Shown here: piece by piece, positions 18,207-27,526 of the stretch
How the letters are laid out: the number at the start of each line of letters is the position of its first letter
Numbering within the stretch: the first letter of the stretch is position 1
Source: Parcubacteria group bacterium Gr01-1014_2
Lineage (GTDB): Bacteria; Patescibacteriota; Minisyncoccia; 2-02-FULL-40-12
Assembly: GCA_007376425.1 (NCBI GenBank)
Contig: VMGG01000004.1
Location: 1-55,441, forward strand
Reading direction: 5' to 3'
Length of the DNA: 55,441 bases
Translations under genes and position numbers: made by a program
Notes under the pieces: model-generated
The model's input: the letters and a program-made list of their open reading frames with translations, nothing else
Databases searched by the model: none
Told to the model about the DNA's origin: nothing

Positions 18207-18241
18207 AAAGAAGTTTAAAAGTTTAAAGTTTAAAAATTAGA

Positions 18242-18355
18242 ATGCGGATCCAGACTTCAATAAAAAAAATGTGCCGGAATTGCAAAATTGTCCGGAGAAA
18301 AGGACGCTTGTATTGCATTTGCCGGATTCCGAAACATAAACAGAGACAGAAATGA
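18242..18355 (+). CDS. rpmJ: 50S ribosomal protein L36
   Basis: Not in the ORF track (37 aa). Translation is [37 protein letters not shown], with a TGA stop. Confidence 0.9.
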   Translation: MRIQTSIKKMCRNCKIVRRKGRLYCICRIPKHKQRQK

Positions 18356-18359
18356 CGAC

Positions 18360-18746
18360 ATGCCAAGGCTTAGCGGGGTTAATATCCCTGATAACAAAAA
18401 AATAGATATTGCTTTAACTTATATTTATGGAATAGGCCCGACTTTGGCTAAGCTTGTTTTGAAAACAACCGGCGTGAATTCGGATAGACTGGCTAAAGAT
18501 TTGACCAGCGATGAGATAAATAAAATCCAGGGCGTTATAGATAAAAATTATAGGGTTGAAGGAGAGTTAAGGAGAGAAATTTTAGAGAATGTAAAGAGGC
18601 TGAAAGAAACCGGATCGTGGAAAGGAGGGAGACATATGAGAAAGCTGCCTCTTCATGGCCGAACAAGGACGAATTCAAGGACCCTGCGGGGTAATATTAG
18701 GAAGACAATGGGTTCTGGGAAGCGTCCGCCAGCGACACCAACATAA
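18360..18746 (+). CDS. rpsM: 30S ribosomal protein S13
   Basis: MPRLSGVNIPDNKKIDIALTYIYGIG. Confidence 0.95.
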   Translation: MPRLSGVNIPDNKKIDIALTYIYGIGPTLAKLVLKTTGVNSDRLAKDLTSDEINKIQGVIDKNYRVEGELRREILENVKRLKETGSWKGGRHMRKLPLHGRTRTNSRTLRGNIRKTMGSGKRPPATPT

Positions 18747-18748
18747 TC

Positions 18749-19192
18749 ATGGGTAAAAAGAAGATAGTTACAAAATCTGGAGACGAAACTTCGGCCGTTG
18801 ACAAGGAGGCCAAGGTTAAAGTTTCTAAAAAAGCCTCCAAAAGACAGGTTATTAAAGGCAATATTTACATTCATGTTTCATTTAACAATACGATTGTCAC
18901 TGTTACAGATGAAAAAGGAGGAGTTTTGAGCTGGGCTTCGGCCGGAAATTTAGGATTTAAAGGAACGCGAAAATCAACTCCTTTTGCTGCGACATTGGTC
19001 GGGAAGTCAGCCGCCGAAAAAGCAAGGCGCTTTGGTTTTGCTGAAGCAGATATTTTTGTAAAAGGAGTTGGTCCGGGCCGCGACGCGGCGATAAGGGGCT
19101 TGTTTTCTGCCGGAGTCGATATTAGAAGTATAATTGATAACACGCCGATTCCGCATGGCGGAGTAAAAGCTCCAAAGCCAAGGCGCGTCTAA
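18749..19192 (+). CDS. rpsK: 30S ribosomal protein S11
   Basis: Contains IYIHVSFNNTIVTVTD and GTRKSTPFAA. Confidence 0.95.
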   Translation: MGKKKIVTKSGDETSAVDKEAKVKVSKKASKRQVIKGNIYIHVSFNNTIVTVTDEKGGVLSWASAGNLGFKGTRKSTPFAATLVGKSAAEKARRFGFAEADIFVKGVGPGRDAAIRGLFSAGVDIRSIIDNTPIPHGGVKAPKPRRV

Positions 19193-19201
19193 AGTCTAAA
19201 A

Positions 19202-19840
19202 GTGGCACGATATACTGGTCCAAAAGAAAGAATAGAGAGGCGCTTGGGAGAAAAACTTTTTTTGAAAGGCGAGCGTTCTTATTCTCCAAAAGCGGCAATA
19301 ATTAGAAAGCCATACCCGCCGGGTCTTCACGGGAAAAAAATTAAGAACAGAAAATTTTCAGAATACGGCTTACAGCTTCTTTCAAAACAGAAAGTGAGGA
19401 ATATTTACAAGATTTTAGAAAAGCAGTTTCGTAACTACATTGATGAATCATTAAAGTCAAAAGGAGATAGCGGCGAAACATTGGTTCAAAATCTCGAGCG
19501 TCGGCTTGATAATGTTGTTTTCAGGATGGGTTTTTCTGATGCCCGGGACAAGGCCAGGCAACTGGTCAGTCATAGCCATTTTTTAGTTAATGATCGGCCG
19601 ACTAATATTCCTTCTTTCCGGGTTAGGATAGGCGATATCGTGAAAGTAAAACCGCAAAATTTAAAAAATAATTATTTTTCATCTTTCTTGCCGCAATATA
19701 CGAAAAAATACCAGCCGCCTTCGTGGGTGGAATTCGATAAGGAGACCTTTGTCGGCCGGGTCAAGAATTTGCCGAATTTACCCGAAAGCGGCGTAGAGCA
19801 CAAAGATGTTCAGGCGATAATCGAGTTTTATTCCCGATAA
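19202..19840 (+). CDS. rpsD: 30S ribosomal protein S4
   Basis: GTG start. Begins MARYTGPKERIERRLGEKLFLKG. Confidence 0.95.
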   Translation: MARYTGPKERIERRLGEKLFLKGERSYSPKAAIIRKPYPPGLHGKKIKNRKFSEYGLQLLSKQKVRNIYKILEKQFRNYIDESLKSKGDSGETLVQNLERRLDNVVFRMGFSDARDKARQLVSHSHFLVNDRPTNIPSFRVRIGDIVKVKPQNLKNNYFSSFLPQYTKKYQPPSWVEFDKETFVGRVKNLPNLPESGVEHKDVQAIIEFYSR

Positions 19841-19952
19841 CAATTATTATGATTAGATGTCGAATTAGATTTTTATTCGTATAATTAGTATCAATTAGTA
19901 TTAGTATCGATACCAATATACGAATTATACTAATGATACTAATGTAAGAAAT

Positions 19953-20717
19953 ATGGAAATATTAGTTGGAGAGCCAAAAGTAGTTCATTATGAGAAAAAC
20001 CGAGCTGTTTTTGAAATCAGTCCGCTTTACGCCGGATACGGCGTGACCCTTGGCAATTCATTAAGGCGCGTACTACTTTCTTCGATGGAAGGCGCGGCCG
20101 CAGTAAAAATCAAAATTGATGGCGTGGCTCATGAATTCTCCACCGTTAACGGCGTTTTGGAAGACGTAGTTGACATAATTTTGAATTTGAAGAAAATCAG
20201 GTTTAAATTATCCGGCGTTGATTCAGCTAAAGTTACTTTGAATGCCAAAGGCGAGAAAGAAATTCACGCCGGCGACTTAAAAGCTCCCTTCGGAGTTGAG
20301 GTGGTCAACCCAGACCAGATTATCGCCACTATTACCGATAAGAAAGCAGAGTTTAATATGGAAATAGAAGTTGAGAGGGGGATTGGTTATATGCCGGTTG
20401 AACAGAAGCAGAAAGAAAAACTTTCAGTTGGAGAGATAGCCATTGATGCCATATTTAATCCGGTCAGAAAGGTAAGCTTCCGAGTTGAAAATATCAGAGT
20501 CGGCGAGAGGACGGATTTTAACAAGCTTTTCGTTGACGTTGAGACTGATGGGAGTATTACCCCTCAAGAAGCGCTAAAAAGAGCAGTTGGAATTTTAATG
20601 GAGCAGTTTAAAGCAGTCGGTGAGAGCGGCAGTTTGCAGATTGAAGAAAAAAGTTCAACCGAAGGAGTTGTCGAGGCGCCGAAGAGAAAAAGAGGAAGAC
20701 CGCGGAAAGAGAAATAG
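19953..20717 (+). CDS. rpoA: RNA polymerase alpha subunit, N-terminal domain only, with AT-hook-like C-terminal tail
   Basis: 254 aa. Has the alpha-NTD (GNSLRRVLLSS). Ends ...EAPKRKRGRPRKEK. No alpha-CTD. Confidence 0.9.
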   Translation: MEILVGEPKVVHYEKNRAVFEISPLYAGYGVTLGNSLRRVLLSSMEGAAAVKIKIDGVAHEFSTVNGVLEDVVDIILNLKKIRFKLSGVDSAKVTLNAKGEKEIHAGDLKAPFGVEVVNPDQIIATITDKKAEFNMEIEVERGIGYMPVEQKQKEKLSVGEIAIDAIFNPVRKVSFRVENIRVGERTDFNKLFVDVETDGSITPQEALKRAVGILMEQFKAVGESGSLQIEEKSSTEGVVEAPKRKRGRPRKEK

Positions 20718-20732
20718 AGTATCGATACCTTT

Positions 20733-21080
20733 ATGAGAAAACGCAAAAAAGGTAAAAAATTCGGGAGAGTCAAAGCGCAGAGAAGGGCTTTAATGAATAG
20801 CCTGGCTTCGGCTTTAGTTTTGCATAAAAAGATAAAGACTACCGAGACGAAAGCCAAAGAATTAAGACGGTTTATTGAGCCGTTGATTACAAAGGCAAAA
20901 ATCGGTAATTTGCATAAAAGACGCCAGGTGATAAAGTTTTTATCGGATTCGGTTACAGATAAGTTATTCGGCGATATCGTTCCGTCATATAAAGAAAGGC
21001 CAGGCGGCTATACCAGAATAATAAAATTAGCGCCGCGGCAATCCGACGGTGCGAAGATGGCTCAGATAGAGTTTGTATGA
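20733..21080 (+). CDS. rplQ: 50S ribosomal protein L17
   Basis: Contains FGRVKAQRRALMNSLA and ERPGGYTRI. Confidence 0.9.
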   Translation: MRKRKKGKKFGRVKAQRRALMNSLASALVLHKKIKTTETKAKELRRFIEPLITKAKIGNLHKRRQVIKFLSDSVTDKLFGDIVPSYKERPGGYTRIIKLAPRQSDGAKMAQIEFV

Positions 21081-21415
21081 TTCACGAAATCGATGCGGCA
21101 AACCAGTCATTGGGGCGTTTAGCTTCAAGAGTAGCTCTGATTTTGAGCGGCAAGACGAGCCCTAAGTTTCAAGCCTATATCCTAGCCGGAGAAAAGGTCG
21201 TAGTTTTGAATGCTGGAAAAATAAAGTTGACCGGCCGAAAAATAGACCAGAAAAAATATTATCATTATTCGGGCTATCCGGGCGGCTTAAGAACCATAAA
21301 AGTTAAAGATGTTTTTGAGAAAAACCCAAGCGAGGTGTTGAGAAGAGCGGTTTTGGGGATGCTGCCAAAAAACAGGTTGAGAAAAGAAATGATTAAGAAT
21401 CTGACGTTTAAATAA
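21077..21415 (+). CDS. rplM: 50S ribosomal protein L13 (short form)
   Basis: Contains SLGRLASRVALILSGK, YYHYSGYPGG and GMLPKN. Confidence 0.9.
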   Translation: MIHEIDAANQSLGRLASRVALILSGKTSPKFQAYILAGEKVVVLNAGKIKLTGRKIDQKKYYHYSGYPGGLRTIKVKDVFEKNPSEVLRRAVLGMLPKNRLRKEMIKNLTFK

Positions 21416-21459
21416 ATCCCAATTTAAAATTTAAAATTTGAGTTTTGAATTTAATAACT

Positions 21460-21945
21460 ATGCCTAAAGCAAAAACTAAAACCACAAAGAAAAAAGAAGT
21501 TGAGAAGATAGAAGTTAAGAAAGAAAGTCCGGAAAGGTATCTTGAAGCAGTCGGCCGAAGGAAAGAATCAGTTGCCCGGATAAGGCTTTTTACCAAGAAA
21601 TCAAGCGATGCTTTTCCAGAAGATAAGGGACTTATTTCAGTTAACCAGAAATCATATCAGGATTATTTCAAAGACCCGTTTTTGCAAAATACAGTTGAGA
21701 GCCCTCTTAGAAAATTAAAGTCTTTAGACAGGTTTAAAGGTTCTATATTAGTAAAGGGAGGCGGGCTTACCGGCCAGGCTGAAGCCTCAAGGCTTGGTAT
21801 TTCACGCGCCTTGATTTTGTTTGATGCCAATTACCGAAAAAAGCTCAAAAAATTCGGCTACTTGACCCAGGATTCAAGAATCAAAGAAAGACGCAAGTAC
21901 GGGCTGAAAAAAGCTCGCAAAGCGCCGCAGTGGGCCAAGAGGTAA
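21460..21945 (+). CDS. rpsI: 30S ribosomal protein S9
   Basis: ATG at 21460. Contains GRRKESVARIRL, GGGLTGQAEA and DSRIKERRKYG. Confidence 0.9.
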   Translation: MPKAKTKTTKKKEVEKIEVKKESPERYLEAVGRRKESVARIRLFTKKSSDAFPEDKGLISVNQKSYQDYFKDPFLQNTVESPLRKLKSLDRFKGSILVKGGGLTGQAEASRLGISRALILFDANYRKKLKKFGYLTQDSRIKERRKYGLKKARKAPQWAKR

Positions 21946-22009
21946 ACCCACGACATCGCATTGGGCAAAAAGAAAAACACTGCCAGAAGATGAATAAAAA
22001 CCTTGACTG

Positions 22010-22018
22010 TGCTATAAT
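22010..22018 (+). promoter_or_regulatory. extended -10 (TGCTATAAT) 6 nt before an ATG (leaderless-type arrangement)
   Basis: ccttgactgtgctataatcaaattATG. Confidence 0.45.
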
Positions 22019-22024
22019 CAAATT

Positions 22025-22213
22025 ATGAGTAAAACATACATAACAGTCACGGCAAGTATTTTTACCGTGATAGGTCTTCTTCACCTGGTCAGAGTTATTT
22101 ATGGCTGGGAGGCGGTGATCGGCGCTTGGGAGATTCCGATGTGGGCGAGCTGGCTGGCAGTTTTGGTGGCCGGCAGTCTGGCCGTCAAGGGTTGGGAATT
22201 GAGAAGGAGATAA
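22025..22213 (+). CDS. small 2-TM membrane protein, GC-richer than its surroundings
   Basis: 62 aa: MSKTYITVTASIFTVIGLLHL...WLAVLVAGSLAVKGW. Confidence 0.45.
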   Translation: MSKTYITVTASIFTVIGLLHLVRVIYGWEAVIGAWEIPMWASWLAVLVAGSLAVKGWELRRR

Positions 22214-22214
22214 T

Positions 22215-23093
22215 TTAAATCACTAAATCATTTCTCATGCCGGTGTCGTCAACTTCCACAAAACGGGTTTGTCCGTTTTCGTTCAAATAGATTAAATGCC
22301 AGCCAGTCTTAAACCAAAAAACCTGTTTTATTTTTTCGTCAGTCCCCAAAATTAATTCTTTCTGGCCTTCTTTGAAATAGGGCGACTCGTTTTCGTCTTT
22401 CAGCCATAAAACATTTATCTCGTTTTGGCCAACAATGGCCATTTTTTTATTATCCGGTGATAGAATCAAATCAGTAGTGGGGGATAAGTGGAGGCGGTCC
22501 CAGTTGCCTTCAGAATTAAGCAAAAATACTCCCGGCGCCTTGAGATCGTAAGAAGCCAGGTAAATATTTTCCCGCAGAATTTTGAGTTTATAATTTTTTA
22601 TATAGACCGCTTCGGAAGAAATTATTTCAGTCTCTCCATTTTCTAAACTATGATAAAGCAAGCCGTCAGTTCTGCTTATGAAGTAATTTGTATTTTCTTC
22701 TTCTTGTTCGGAATTTTTAATGAAATCATTTATTTCTTCATTATTGATTAAATAAATATGGGCCAGTTGTCCGACTTCACCTGACCTAATTTCAATATTC
22801 TTGCTAAGCGATAAAAACCCGTCTTTTTCGATTCTTATATTATAGCTTCTAGGGACAAGGTATTTTTCTATAAAAGTGCCTGATAAAAATGAGGTTTGGC
22901 CGTTAAGCCGGCCGTCTATAAAAATTTGGACATCGCTGAAGTTAGTTTTTACAAATAAACTGCCGGTTTTAACCCAGCCGCGGTTTTTAAAATCGAATTG
23001 ATAGCCGTATGCATAAATGACGACAAGGTAGCTTGAGGCAAAAAAAATGAGAAAAGACGATATTAGGATCAGCTTTTTGAAACGTCTATTCAT
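22215..23093 (-). CDS. membrane-anchored PEGA-domain / beta-propeller-like protein
   Basis: N-terminal TM, then VQIFIDGRLNGQTS...YNIRIEKDGF (PEGA-like). Confidence 0.5.
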   Translation of the reverse strand: MNRRFKKLILISSFLIFFASSYLVVIYAYGYQFDFKNRGWVKTGSLFVKTNFSDVQIFIDGRLNGQTSFLSGTFIEKYLVPRSYNIRIEKDGFLSLSKNIEIRSGEVGQLAHIYLINNEEINDFIKNSEQEEENTNYFISRTDGLLYHSLENGETEIISSEAVYIKNYKLKILRENIYLASYDLKAPGVFLLNSEGNWDRLHLSPTTDLILSPDNKKMAIVGQNEINVLWLKDENESPYFKEGQKELILGTDEKIKQVFWFKTGWHLIYLNENGQTRFVEVDDTGMRNDLVI

Positions 23094-23239
23094 AATTCAG
23101 TCGTTCGAAAACGACTGGGCTATATTTTACATTTTAACTAACCGTCAGTCAATTTGTTTTTGCTGTAGATTTTTGATAGGTTGGAGTTTACAATTAGGCT
23201 TATTTCGTCTATGAAATTTGCCTAACTGTAAACTCTTTT

Positions 23240-24247
23240 ATGTTTACCAAAAAAATCGGAATAGATTTAGGCACAACTAATACTCTTGTTTTTGTTCCGG
23301 GCAACGGCATTAGGATTAATGAACCGTCAGTGGTGGCGATTTCTTTATTTGATAACCGCATCTTAGCGGTCGGCAATTTAGCTAAAGAAATGCTCGGCCG
23401 CGCGCCAGACACGATCTCGGTGGTCAAACCATTGAAAGACGGGGTCATTGCCGATTATAAGGTGACTCAAGCCATGATCAGATATTTTATTAATAATTCA
23501 TTCAGCAAGGTTAATTTTTTTAAAAAAGAAGTTTTGATGTCGGTGCCGGTGGCGATAAGTTCAACCGAAAGGAGAGCAGTGATTGAAGCGGGAATGAATG
23601 CCGGAGTCAAAGCAGTTTATTTGGTCAAAGAGCCGGTGTTAGCGGCAATCGGCGCCGGAATTCCGATCAATTCTTCTTACGGCCATATGGTCGTGAATAT
23701 CGGCGGGGGAACGACCGAGGTGGCAGTAATAAGTCTTGGCGGAGTAGTGACTTCGGCCGGGGTTAGAGTGGCCGGCAATAAAATTGACCAAGCCATTATT
23801 GATTACGTCAAAAAAAAGCATAATCTGGCCATAGGCGAAAGAACGGCCGAGCTGATTAAAATCAATATCGGCACGGCGGTAAAGGTTTCAAATGAAGAAA
23901 CTCTTTCAATCAGGGGGAGAGATTTAGTGACTGGCCTGCCTAAAACTATTGATTTAACTTCTAATGAAGTAAGCGAAGCGATTCAGGAGCAATTAAAAGA
24001 AATCAATCAAGTCATCAAGAAAGTTTTACAGGAAACGCCGCCGGAGCTTTGCGCTGACATTATTGAAAGAGGAATTGTGCTGACCGGCGGAGGGGCTTTG
24101 CTTAAAAATATAGATGTTTTCATCACCCGGCTAACCGGCGTTTCTTCGCATATTGCGGAAGAGCCGCTTCTTTGCGTGGCTAAAGGAGCCGGCGCAGTGC
24201 TTGAGAATTTAGATGTTTATAAGAGAAATATAATTACGAGAAGATAG
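23240..24247 (+). CDS. mreB: rod-shape-determining protein MreB
   Basis: Contains IGIDLGTTNTLVF, VNIGGGTTEVAV and LTGGGALL. Confidence 0.9.
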   Translation: MFTKKIGIDLGTTNTLVFVPGNGIRINEPSVVAISLFDNRILAVGNLAKEMLGRAPDTISVVKPLKDGVIADYKVTQAMIRYFINNSFSKVNFFKKEVLMSVPVAISSTERRAVIEAGMNAGVKAVYLVKEPVLAAIGAGIPINSSYGHMVVNIGGGTTEVAVISLGGVVTSAGVRVAGNKIDQAIIDYVKKKHNLAIGERTAELIKINIGTAVKVSNEETLSIRGRDLVTGLPKTIDLTSNEVSEAIQEQLKEINQVIKKVLQETPPELCADIIERGIVLTGGGALLKNIDVFITRLTGVSSHIAEEPLLCVAKGAGAVLENLDVYKRNIITRR

Positions 24248-24270
24248 ATTAAAGTAAAAAGCTACCGCGA

Positions 24271-24418
24271 GGCATATCAATTTCTTCGTTTGGGAGCCCT
24301 TCTTGGAAATGGCACGCAATTTTACTCGAATTGCCGCTAGCTATGGGCGTGTCTACCCCTTTATCCCCTAGCTTGTTACCGGCAATTCTTCGTAAAAGTA
24401 TCGGCCATTTCCTAAGAA
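24271..24418 (+). mobile_element. MITE-like repeat family B, copy B1 (right end replaced by A3)
   Basis: atcaatttcttcgtttgg...gaattgccgctagctatggg...ccctagcttgttaccggcaattc... Confidence 0.65.
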
Positions 24419-24592
24419 CCCGTTGGGCGATGCCTTCTCAGGAACATCCGGAGCCGAGCCGTAAAGAGGAGATAAGATAGGTAGCGAGGCGATGGATGAG
24501 CGAGGGGTTTATTCTGATAAACAGGAGATAAAAGAATTATAAAAGTTGTACGAGGCCGAGCGTTTCCTGAAAGGCATTGCCCAAGAAAGGGC
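24419..24592 (-). mobile_element. family A copy A3
   Basis: cccgttgggcgatgcc...ggagccgagccgt...gtagcgaggcgatggatgagcgag...gaggccgagcgtttcc...ggcattgccc. Confidence 0.7.
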
Positions 24593-24615
24593 TTAACTGC
24601 ATAACATCAATAAAA

Positions 24616-25962
24616 ATGAGGATAGCTTTAGTTCATGATTGGTTGGTGCGGCTTGGCGGAGCGGAGCGGGTCTTGATTGCTTTCCATAAAATTTTCCCCG
24701 AAGCCCCGATCTACACTCTTTTTTACGACAAAGAATTTGTTTCACAGTATCTTCCGAAAGCTAAAATAACTCCTTCATTTTTGCACAAAGTTCCAAATAT
24801 AAAGAAACTGCATCCGTGGCTGAAAATTTTAATGCCCGCGGCCATAGAATCATTTGATTTGTCTGACTTTGATTTGATTATTTCGTCGAGCCACGAATTC
24901 AGCCATGGCGTTTTATCAAAGCAGTCGGCCAAGCATATCTGTTTTTATCATAGCCCTTCCCGAATTTTATGGGACAGGACCTATGAATATGCCAGAGATT
25001 TTAAAGAAAGGGGAAAGGGCGCGTTTAAATTATCTTTAATAAAATTAGGCCAGCATTTTTTGAGAATTTGGGATCATGGAGCCAGCCAAAGGCCAGATGT
25101 TGTCTTAGCCAATTCAAAGCATGTGGCTCAAAGAATTAAAAAATATTATGGCCGAGAAGCCAAAGTGATTTATCCACCGGTAACGCTTTCGCGGGAGCAT
25201 CTGGTCCGCGAAAAGCCTCTCGGGTACAGCCATCTCGGAAACACTCGGCCTCATACAACTTATATACAAAATTTATCTCCTGTTTATCAGAATAAACCCT
25301 CGCTCCTCGTTCGCCTCGCTAAACGGATACCCCCTCTTTACGGCTCGGCTCGCGAGGTTCCTCAATGGCTATACCCTGCGGGCTTTTCGTTCAGAATTAA
25401 TACTGTTCACCGAACAACTCTCGCCCGGCTCGCTGATTACTTTTTAATCGTTTCTCAGCTTTACCCGCACAAAAACATTGACTTGGCGGTTGAAGCATTT
25501 AAGCATTTGCCGAGCTTGAATTTATTAATAATTGGCGAAGGGCCGGAATACAAAAATTTAAAATCCAAAATTAAAAAATTAAAATTAAGAAATGTAGAAT
25601 TGTTAGGGTTTGTTTCAGACGAAGATTTGCCGGTTTATTATAAGGGTTGCTTGGCATATCTTATTTGCAATGAAGAGGATTTTGGCATTTCGCCGATAGA
25701 AGCAATGTCTTTTGGAAAGCCGGTTTTAGCCTATAAAAAAGGCGGGGCAAAAGAGTCGGTGCTGGAAGGAAAAACCGGTGAATTTTTCGATAAGCTTGAA
25801 CCTGACTGTTTATCAGAAGCAGTAGAGTTAATCACTGAAAAAATAAAAAACGGCCATTTTAACGAGCTGGCTATAAAAAAACATTCTGAAAAATTCAGTT
25901 TTGAACGGTTTAAAAAAGAGGTTTTTGATATTATTAAATTTTTAGATTATAATTTGGCATGA
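24616..25962 (+). CDS. GT4-family glycosyltransferase carrying an in-frame family A insertion
   Basis: ATG at 24616 (MRIALVHDWL..GGAERV). C-terminal domain has GFVSDEDL and EDFGISPIEAMSFGKPVL. Confidence 0.8.
   Translation: MRIALVHDWLVRLGGAERVLIAFHKIFPEAPIYTLFYDKEFVSQYLPKAKITPSFLHKVPNIKKLHPWLKILMPAAIESFDLSDFDLIISSSHEFSHGVLSKQSAKHICFYHSPSRILWDRTYEYARDFKERGKGAFKLSLIKLGQHFLRIWDHGASQRPDVVLANSKHVAQRIKKYYGREAKVIYPPVTLSREHLVREKPLGYSHLGNTRPHTTYIQNLSPVYQNKPSLLVRLAKRIPPLYGSAREVPQWLYPAGFSFRINTVHRTTLARLADYFLIVSQLYPHKNIDLAVEAFKHLPSLNLLIIGEGPEYKNLKSKIKKLKLRNVELLGFVSDEDLPVYYKGCLAYLICNEEDFGISPIEAMSFGKPVLAYKKGGAKESVLEGKTGEFFDKLEPDCLSEAVELITEKIKNGHFNELAIKKHSEKFSFERFKKEVFDIIKFLDYNLA
25209..25389 (+). mobile_element. 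family A copy A4 inside the GT4 coding sequence
   Basis: Full-length with both TIRs. Translated as ...EKPLGYSHLGNTRPHTTYIQNLSPVYQNKPSLLVRLAKRIPPLYGSAREVPQWLYPAGFSF... Confidence 0.8.
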
Positions 25963-27167
25963 TGCGTTATAAAGCTCTAATACCAGCTATTTTAATTTCC
26001 TTAATTATCGGTTTTTTTGGCGGAGTAGAATTCCAGAAATTCCAGGAGCCAAGCCGGGGATTAAGAGAATTAATCAACCGCGATTTAGGACAACCCGAGG
26101 CGGTTGACTTCAGCTTATTTTGGGATGTTTGGAATCTGGTTCATCAAAGATATGTCGGCCGTTCTGAATTGAATACCCAAGACATGGTTTTGGGGGCGAT
26201 TAAAGGAATGGTTGAAAGCATCGGTGATCCTTTTACTGTATTTTTAAAGGCTGAAGAAAGTAAAAGACTGCAGGAAGACATAAGCGGAGAGTTTGCCGGT
26301 GTCGGGATAGAAATAGGGTTAAGGAAGGGGACTTTAACGGTTATTTCGCCGCTAGATGATACGCCGGCGTCCCGAGCCGGAATCATTGCCGGGGATAAGA
26401 TTTTAAGCATTGACAGCCAGTCAACCGCCGAAATTACCATCGAGGAAGCAGTTTCAAAGATAAGGGGCCGTCGAGGAACTAAAGTTGTTTTGACTATTTC
26501 AAGAAATAAAGACGGGGAAGATGAAACAAAAGATTTTGAATTAGTCAGAGACAAGATAAAAGTCCCGACGGTTAAATGGACCAAGATTGAACCGGATATC
26601 GGTCATATTAGACTTTTTAGTTTTAACCAAATAGCTAAAAATGAATTTGATAAGGCTCTTGATGAATTAAAAAAGCAGGGCGCCAGCAAGAAATTAATTT
26701 TGGATTTAAGAAACAATCCGGGCGGGCTTTTGGATTTAGCCATAGATATCTCAAGCTACTTTTTAGAGCCGGGTTACGTAGTGGTGATTGAAGACTTTGG
26801 CGGTGGTTTAAGAGAAGAACTAAAATCCAAGCCTAATGGCTTTTTAAAAGACGCAAAAGTCGTTATTTTAATCAATAAAGGTTCGGCTTCGGCTTCGGAA
26901 ATCGTGGCTGGCGCCTTGCACGATAACCTTGGCGTCAAACTAATAGGGGAGACGACGTTCGGGAAAGGCTCGGTTCAGCAGGTTGAACAATTGAGGCTTA
27001 AGACGGCTTTGAAAATAACCGTGGCCAAATGGTTGACACCGAAAGGGCGTTCCATTAGCGATCAAGGAATAGAGCCGGATATTAAAATTGAAAGGACCGA
27101 AGAGGATGTTAAAAACGACCGCGACCCGCAGCTGGAGAAGGCGATTGAAGTGATAAAAGAACTGTAG
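25959..27167 (+). CDS. ctpA: carboxy-terminal processing protease (S41) with PDZ domain
   Basis: Contains GDKILSID, LDLRNNPGG, GSASASEIVAGAL and TFGKGSVQ. Confidence 0.85.
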   Translation: MMRYKALIPAILISLIIGFFGGVEFQKFQEPSRGLRELINRDLGQPEAVDFSLFWDVWNLVHQRYVGRSELNTQDMVLGAIKGMVESIGDPFTVFLKAEESKRLQEDISGEFAGVGIEIGLRKGTLTVISPLDDTPASRAGIIAGDKILSIDSQSTAEITIEEAVSKIRGRRGTKVVLTISRNKDGEDETKDFELVRDKIKVPTVKWTKIEPDIGHIRLFSFNQIAKNEFDKALDELKKQGASKKLILDLRNNPGGLLDLAIDISSYFLEPGYVVVIEDFGGGLREELKSKPNGFLKDAKVVILINKGSASASEIVAGALHDNLGVKLIGETTFGKGSVQQVEQLRLKTALKITVAKWLTPKGRSISDQGIEPDIKIERTEEDVKNDRDPQLEKAIEVIKEL

Positions 27168-27179
27168 AAAGCCTTAATC

Positions 27180-27356
27180 GGCAATACCCAATTTCTTCTA
27201 GTGAGCCTCTTCTTGGAAATGGCGCGGTACTTTGCTTGAATTGCCGACAACTAGGGCGTGTCTACCCCTTTATCCCCTAGCTTGTTACCGGCAATTCTTC
27301 GCAAAGATACCGGCCATTTCACAAGACACGCCTCAAATCAGAAATTGGGCATTACC
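27180..27356 (+). mobile_element. family B copy B2 (full length)
   Basis: TIRs are ggcaatacccaatttct and agaaattgggcattacc. Internal hairpin is gaattgccg...ctaggg/ccctag...cggcaattc. Confidence 0.7.
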
Positions 27357-27407
27357 TCATGGCTTTCTACAATTACCTCACGCTTTTCGCTTACTTTATT
27401 ACAAAAG

Positions 27408-27431
27408 TTCAGAAATCGGCTATACCCCTCG
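27408..27431 (+). repeat. solo family-A-end-like module
   Basis: ttcagaaatcggctatacccctcg. Compare the A end ttccgaaatggctgtacccgagagg. Confidence 0.55.
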
Positions 27432-27480
27432 TTTTCTTTTCCCGAATCCGCTCACAAAACATTCCCGCATTGCTTACTTC

Positions 27481-27526
27481 AAAAAGAAAAAGGCCACCGC
27501 AGCTTACGCTTTGGCGGCCTGGTGGC
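27481..27526 (-). terminator. hairpin plus T-run (minus-strand reading) after the small membrane gene
   Basis: Plus strand reads aaaaagaaaaa-ggccaccgc...gcggcctggtggc. Confidence 0.55.

Noticed and set aside
25209-25389. Intein or self-splicing intron interpretation of the insertion in the glycosyltransferase.
   Set aside because: The insert is the same sequence as the intergenic MITE-like copies. At about 60 aa it is far too small for an intein and lacks the Cys/Ser...HN junction residues. It shows no group I/II intron features that I can recognise.
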